Assembly (NCBI GenBank): GCA_951406725.2
Contig: OX597829.1
Location: forward strand, 310,001-374,000
Reading direction: 5' to 3'
DNA length: 64,000 bases
DNA from: Octopus vulgaris
Lineage: Eukaryota
A model generated the notes under the pieces. The model made no database searches. It saw only the letters and a program-made list of their open reading frames with translations, and was not told where the DNA came from. Of this stretch, positions 56,605-64,000 are shown piece by piece (within the stretch, counting starts at the first letter, position 1; the number at the start of each line of letters is the position of its first letter). A program made the translations under genes and the position numbers.

Positions 56605-58060
56605 TTATTTTCTCCAATCACAATGCTGTTGCCATGCTGGGGTAACACGTTGAAGAGTTTGGTCGATTAGATCGACTCCAGTAGTTATGTGGGGTTTTGT
56701 TTTAAAGTCTGATACGCCTTGTGTTGTTCAGACTTTTGCTGAACCGGTAAAATAACGGAACAAACGTGAACAAACCAACATTGACTCTCGAATGTTTGGA
56801 AGGTGGGGGGGGGGGACAATAAACACGCCCAAATACATACATACATACATACATACACCCATACATACATACACGCACATACATACATACATACACACAT
56901 ACATACATACCTACATACATACATACATACATACATACATACATACACCCATACATACATACATACACACATACATACACCCATACATACATACATACAC
57001 ACATACATACATACCTACATACATACATACATACATACATACATACATACATACACCCATACATACATACATACATACATACATACATACATACATACAT
57101 ACATACATACATACATACATACATACATACATACATACATACATACATACATACACACATACATACATACACACATACATACATTCATACATACATGCAT
57201 GCATGCATACATACATACATACATACATACATACATACATACATACATACATACACACACACATACATACACACACACATACATACATACATACATACAT
57301 TCATACATACATGCATGCATGCATACATACATACATACATACATACATACATACATACATACATACACACACACATACATACACACACACATACATACAT
57401 ACATACATACATACATTCATACATACATACATACATACAAACATACATACATACATACATACATACATACATTACATACATACATACATACATACATGCA
57501 TGCATGCATACATACATACATACATACATACATACACACACATACCTACATACATACATACATACATACATACATACATACATACATACACCCATACATA
57601 CATACATACACACACACATACATACATACATACATACATACATACATACATGCATGCATACATACATACATACGTACATACATACACACATACATACATA
57701 CATACATACATACATACATACATACATACATACATACATACATACATACATACATACATACATACATACATACATACATACATACATACGTACATACATA
57801 CACACATACATACATATATACATACATACATACATACATACATACATACATACATACATACATACATACATACATACATACACGCACATATATATATACA
57901 AACATAAGCGCACACTCATATTTGTTTGATGGGCTTCCACACAGTTTCTATCTGCCAAATTCACTCATAAGCCTTCGATGAGTTCGGATCTATTGCAGAT
58001 CAGTTTTCCAGCCGCGCTGTTGGACTGATCTCAAGTCACGTAGTTACAAATCGAACTGCT
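56605..58060 (-). mobile_element. SINE family B split by (CATA)n expansion
   Basis: 3' half ~56605-56825, 5' half ~57925-58060, both diverged. Confidence 0.65.
56833..57890. repeat. (CATA)n tract
   Basis: Direct reading. Confidence 0.97.
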
Positions 58061-58941
58061 TAATCGATCATGCCTTCATATATGCTAAACGCCCTGAAAG
58101 ATAACCCTATGTCGTTGAAACCAGCCTGAGGAATCTATAAGAGAATTGCATTTAAGAAACTTTATGAAAGGTGGAAAAGATAAACCAAACATTATTTCTA
58201 TATTGCTTAAAAAGGAAAAGAAAAACAGTCGCTAAAGCGCTTGTACATATCGTGTTTTTATTACTGAGCTTATTTAAACCCCGTACTGTACGGATTAGAA
58301 CGTTATTGTGATATTTCAAATGGTGGGCAGACAACCAGTGGTTATAAAAATCGGAATGATTCTAAGTTCAGCGACGTACATGGTATGTAATAATAATAAA
58401 ATGGAATGCTCATGTCATATAAATATTCTACCGTTTGCCATAAGATATCGTTTCCTTGCAGTTTAAAACATTTTAAGTCGAATAAGTACTCCGCGCGTAA
58501 CATAGGATTCACTTGTTTAAACAATAAAGTTATTCCTTGCAGAAGAGTTATCTCTAACATCAGACTTTTATTCGAGACGGCTACAAACATTTTTCCTAAA
58601 TACTAATTCTTTGTAGGAAATATCAACCAATATTTACAGTCTCCTAAAAAGACTGGTGTATATAATCAGAGTTAGAAAAAAATAAAACAAAATGGAGGGC
58701 AAGGTATTATCGGTTGCTACGAGAAGATGAATACCGTTCTTATAAACGCTAGATGTGTTTTCTACTGAAATGGCTGATAATGGTTGAATTTTATTTTTAT
58801 TATGTTGGTTGTTGCCAACGCAGACTTGGACTTGTTCTTTAACGGAATTTTATCGATTATGGTCTATAATCAGGCTATATAATTATCTATATAAACTAAT
58901 GTAACATGAAATATAAATGCCTCAGAGGACTTGCTGGGAAA

Positions 58942-59009
<68 letters not shown>

Positions 59010-59797
59010 CAGAAAGAGAGAGAACGAAAGAGAGTGAGTGAGAGAGAGAGAGAGAGAGAGAGAAAGTGAGAGAGATCATAAAGCCTAAGTCTTCGTTCAG
59101 ATTTCATGATATTTAAGCTGATGAGACGTAAATCTCAATTTTGATGGCTTACAGTTCATATTGTCACAAAACAGGCCATAATGAATGTAGCGCCCAGAGA
59201 CTAAAAAACAATATCTTCAAATGATTTTGTGTTTCTTTTTGTTTTGTTTTGTTTTTCTTTTCATTCAACACCTTATCCATTCCACCATTTTGGTATTACA
59301 ATGTTTGATTTAAGGATTAATTTATTTTATTTTCCCATTATTTTTGCTCATTTATTGGCAGTTTTCATCAGTTGACACAAACTGTATCCGTCAATTTTCT
59401 ATAACAAAAGAAGACATTTTCGTTAAAGTAGAAAAGAATAAAGAAATATGGACACAGAAAAAGAGAAGAGAAGACAATAGAATATTATTCCTTGTCAAAT
59501 AAAGTAAATATTTTAGTGAAATTGTATTTTGATAACTGGCAATGATGATGATAGTGAAATATATCTGTCTCTTCCACATGAAGTTAATGAGAATGCGTTC
59601 AAATCTCACTAAATAATCACTGGAGCAAGACTCGACTATCAGAAAACAGTGCACGCTGCAGTTCTGTACGTATGTTCTGTCTCCGAACCGTTCGCTGTAG
59701 CTTCCTATCAGTTCACCTCTCAAAGAAATTGATCTCTCTCTCTCTCGAAAAAAAAAGAGAGAGAGAGTGTGTGTATGTGTGTGTGTATGTGTGTGTG

Positions 59798-59887
<90 letters not shown>

Positions 59888-60179
59888 GTATGGGCAACTG
59901 GTGACTTTTCCATGCAATATTGTCCCAGCCATCTAAAACATCCCACTGATTCTATACGTTTTGCCTCATTGTCTGTTACTACTAGTCATCAGTAATGGAC
60001 AAAAGACGATAACAGAGAGGTTACCCACACGGAAAGAGACACAAGGAGATAATATATAGGCAGATGTAGATGTATTTACTGTCTCGGATATTTAGAAAAT
60101 TGAGTTTACCCACACCGAAATGTGTGGGTGAACAAGACCAATAATTTACTAGGAGTTTGAAATTTGGCATCTGCAGAAG

Positions 60180-60900
60180 CTGTTGAAGTGTTTACAGACT
60201 GGTTTGGATTGGATGCCTTGGTGGTCGAGTTGGAGTTCGAGTGCTGGACAAGCGAGTCTGAAGCTCTTTCCTCAACACAGCATCATATTTATTGTGGATA
60301 TTCAGACGCCGAGGAATGCCAACTGGCCCTTTTCTCTCTTTCACTTATCCGGAACTTTGCCCGCACCAAACTATGGTCTGTCCAGCATTCCAATCCATAA
60401 AAGGATTTTACATTATAAATGTCATAGATATAATGGACATAATCCAGAAAGTGCCAAACTTTAGATCTTGGATGCATCCACGTTGTTGTATGATAACCTT
60501 TATGCATAAAATGAGTGTTTGCGATGTAAAGTCCATGTTCATCGCAAAGCTCCAGCAGCATGAGACCATTGCTATTCATTTTCCCTACACCAAGGTTCCA
60601 TGTTTGCCTGTCTGTTCCAACACTAGCATTGAAATCCCCCAGTAGGATGACTTTATCAGAATTGGGGATTTTTAAAGCCAACACCAGCCTCCTTCAGCCT
60701 CCCCTTCCAAAAAAGGTGTATCGACCTCCTACTTCCTCAAGCTGACCATCACCTTCTATATTAGTCATTCAGAGAGCAGCTATATTGATGTTACAGCGGT
60801 TCAGCTCGCGTGAAACGAATGCAATGCGTCTTTGAGGCCTACAATCATTCTTGTTCTCCAACAGAGTGCGCACATTCCACATGAAATGTTCAAGTTCTAT
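60180..60900 (-). mobile_element. RTE-like LINE, AP-endonuclease fragment
   Basis: WNVRTLL; NIAALSE; KVILLGDFNASVG; NSNGLMLLELC...IANTHF...TTWMHPRSKVWHFLDY. Confidence 0.88.
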
Positions 60901-61269
60901 CCAGATTTGTAAAAAAAAAGTTTTGTTTCTCGAACGAAGGGTGGACATCCGTCAGCCGCGCTAAACATTCATAATACATACATACATACATACATACATA
61001 CATACATACATACATACATACATACATACATACATACATGGTGGCTGCCCCCTCGTTATCGAGTATGGCCATTGCACGAAGCTTAACGGTTATCGCTGCT
61101 GTGATCGAATGTGACTTTTTTAGCCCAGCTAAAGATCTACAATGTCTTTACCGGTAATGGCCAGCTCTAGTTGTAATTGGGCTGCATGCACCTTTGTATG
61201 TCGTTTAAGTCCTCCTGCTGAATTAAACTCCCTTCAACATGCCTGACAGATATGATTAGTATGGTGTAC

Positions 61270-61555
61270 AGCACCACCACCAGCGGCTGGTTGTCAATCA
61301 TCGGTCTCACTACGAAGATGACTCTTGAGTCCAGCTTTACTGAGGTAGGGTCTTGCACAGACACTGCATGTCAGCGTCATAGGAGGACCCTTACCGTCTG
61401 GAAGTGCAACAGTGATGCCTTTCTTGACATCCCTCCTTACTTTCTCATGCGCAACTCGAGATTTTTCAAAAGTAGCTGTCCCCTCATGCACAATCTTTCT
61501 CCACCGGCTATAGTCAATAGCTATGCCCACCCATGTGTCAGGAGAGATGCTAGCA
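61270..61555 (-). mobile_element. RTE-like LINE 3' end
   Basis: ISPDTW...DYSRWRKIVHEG...CSVCARPYLSKAGLKSHLR (C-terminal zinc-finger-like motif); (TGG)n tail. Confidence 0.75.
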
Positions 61556-61558
61556 TAT

Positions 61559-61589
<31 letters not shown>

Positions 61590-61623
61590 CATACTTACAT
61601 ACATACATACATGCATGCATACA

Positions 61624-61657
<34 letters not shown>

Positions 61658-61662
61658 CATAT

Positions 61663-61693
<31 letters not shown>

Positions 61694-61963
61694 CATACAT
61701 ACATACATACATACATACATACATACATACATACATACATACATACATACATAAACACACACTAGCACGAAATTCTTTTAACCTGATGCGCAAGCTTAAT
61801 ATCTACATTAATTTTTAAATTGTATATATCAATACAGATATGTACATAATTTATTATTTATCAGAAAATATAATAAAATTAATTCTTTATACATGTTTAT
61901 TAAGCTGTGAAACAATTGTTGTTAAATATGAATATCCAATACTAAGTTATATATATATATATA

Positions 61964-62189
61964 CTTTATTTAAAGCGGCAGAAAATTCAACAAAACGTGT
62001 TACTCTGAGTTTCCCGTTGCCGTTCATAGGACAGTTTTTCTAGCAAAAACTGTCCGACGAACGGCAACGTGAAACTCAGAGTAACAGGTTTTGTTGAATT
62101 TTCTGCCGCTTTAAATAAAGCATATTACTCTACCACTGGTATTTGAGTACTCTTTTTTCCACCTTGTTTCACATTTATGTGTTTACTCC

Positions 62190-62191
<2 letters not shown>
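61964..62191 (+). mobile_element. Asymmetric palindromic insert carrying back-to-back hammerhead motifs (PLE-like terminus)
   Basis: Arms 61964-62039 and 62045-62120, 5-bp spacer, 71-nt tail, (TA)n on both sides. Confidence 0.8.
62050..62087 (+). ncRNA. Minimal type I hammerhead motif (core CCGACGA)
   Basis: CTGT-CCGACGA-ACG(gcaa)CGT-GAAA-CTCAGA-GTA-ACAG; GNRA-capped stem II; palindromic ACTC.GAGT. Confidence 0.7.
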
Positions 62192-62238
<47 letters not shown>

Positions 62239-62461
62239 CACGCTTGTAAATTCATAGATTCACGTACATATATTATAAATCAATCCAAGAACGGATTTGA
62301 ATGTCCTGAACTTTAACCATTCATAGTATTTTACGAATCAGTGTGACGTGTCAAAATGGGAAGAATGGCACCATTCTGGGGGTATTTTTGTTCGTGCTTT
62401 TGAATGGAGAGATTGATGTGAATGTGGAAGAAATCTTTATTGCTTAAGAACCAATCTAGCA

Positions 62462-62508
62462 TCATAATAATAATAACAATGATAATAATGATAATAATAA
62501 CAATAATG

Positions 62509-62575
<67 letters not shown>

Positions 62576-62591
62576 TAGTAATAGTAATAAC

Positions 62592-62626
<35 letters not shown>

Positions 62627-62897
62627 TAATAATAATAATGATAATAATGATAATAATAATAATAATGATAATAATAATAATGATACTAATAATGATAATG
62701 ATGATGATAATAAGAAGACGGAGGGGGAGGAGGAGGAGGAGAAGAAGAAGGAGGAGGAGGAGGAGAAGAAGAAGGAGAAGAAGAAGAAGAAGAAGAAGAA
62801 GAAGAAGAAGAAGAAGAAGAAGAAGAAGAAGAAGAAGAAGAAGAAGAAGAAGAAGAAGAAGAAGAAGAAGAAGAAGAAGAAGAAGAAGAAGAAGAAG
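62462..62897. repeat. (AAT)n followed by (GAA)n
   Basis: Direct reading. Confidence 0.97.
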
Positions 62898-63257
62898 CTA
62901 ATAAGCAGCAAACGAAGGGGAAAGAGGAGAAAAGAAGAAGAATTGGGAGTGAAGGAAAATATAAAGAAAGTGAAAAGGAAAAAAAAGAAAACAAGACAAA
63001 AGCGATGTTATCGCATCGGTTCTGAAAGAAGCAGTTGACTACAAAAACAGTGGAAAATGTGACGTGGCGACGAGGGATTGGTGGCGAATACATTTATTTT
63101 CCAATATTATCTAAGATTTAATTTCCCAGATGTGTTTCAATAATAATTGACAAAATTAGAGCAGAGGTTTGTTCCTTTATGCGTCTGTGTAAATACGAGC
63201 GCAATGTGTATATATACATACATATGTGTGTGTGTGAACTTTATACATATATATATA

Positions 63258-63301
<44 letters not shown>

Positions 63302-63404
63302 TCTATTATACGTATGAACATCTGTCTCCCGTCTATCTATCTATTTATCTTTCTATCTATCTATCTATAACTTGTATAGTTCTCTGCGTTTGAGTTGTTG
63401 TTGT

Positions 63405-63436
<32 letters not shown>

Positions 63437-63841
63437 TTGTTTTGAAATGCATGTAAGTGTGTAACTGTAAGTACGTTCGTGCTCGTGTGATTGCAAAGGA
63501 CTTTGTTTTCCCCAGATAGTTTCGCTGCTGAATGATATCACAACCCTCCTTTAATTGATGGTTAATTCCCTTTAGATGGAAGCTTCAAATACTTTGTACA
63601 TATGTCTTGTAATTTAAGTGGAATTCAGTAGAAAGTTTGGTCGGCTTAACTTCGTACTGTTGTCATGTGTTGCAGGAAAATCCCGGGAGTGTAATATGCA
63701 AGTTGTTTCCTCTTACACGGAAATAGGGAAAGCCGAAATGGCATATGAAGAGAATTTCCGGAACATGTCCTTCCACCTTTAAATTTGAGAAATGTATTTT
63801 CTCAAGAATACAATGAACAAGCAAAAGTTTAGTCTCATCTG

Positions 63842-64000
<159 letters not shown>

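Overview
AT-rich, microsatellite-saturated animal DNA, most consistent with an octopus/cephalopod genome (inferred from the SINE families and repeat landscape). I see no host protein-coding exon, and almost all long ORFs in the track are simple-repeat translations. The window holds three to four tRNA-derived SINE families (about 25 copies), decayed non-LTR retrotransposons (R4/Dong-type with REL endonuclease in (TAA)n tracts, CR1-like, RTE-like), a three-copy TIR MITE carrying (CCCTAA)n, a hAT/Charlie MITE and a degenerate interstitial (TTAGGG)n array. The best signal is a dispersed system of short non-coding inserts in (TA)n tracts. Several are asymmetric palindromes (short inverted arm + long arm + unique 3' tail). 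Several carry minimal type I hammerhead-ribozyme motifs with a palindromic stem III, about 75-105 nt from the 3' end, and two related copies show a compensatory change in stem II. This fits Penelope-like element (PLE) termini or retrozyme-like remnants. Other highlights: a twin-priming-type 5' inversion in an R4/Dong element, a CORE-like SINE sharing its 3' hairpin tail with a CR1-like LINE in the window, and a two-copy 555-bp non-coding element with fixed ends in (TAA)n. All folds and alignments were done by eye.
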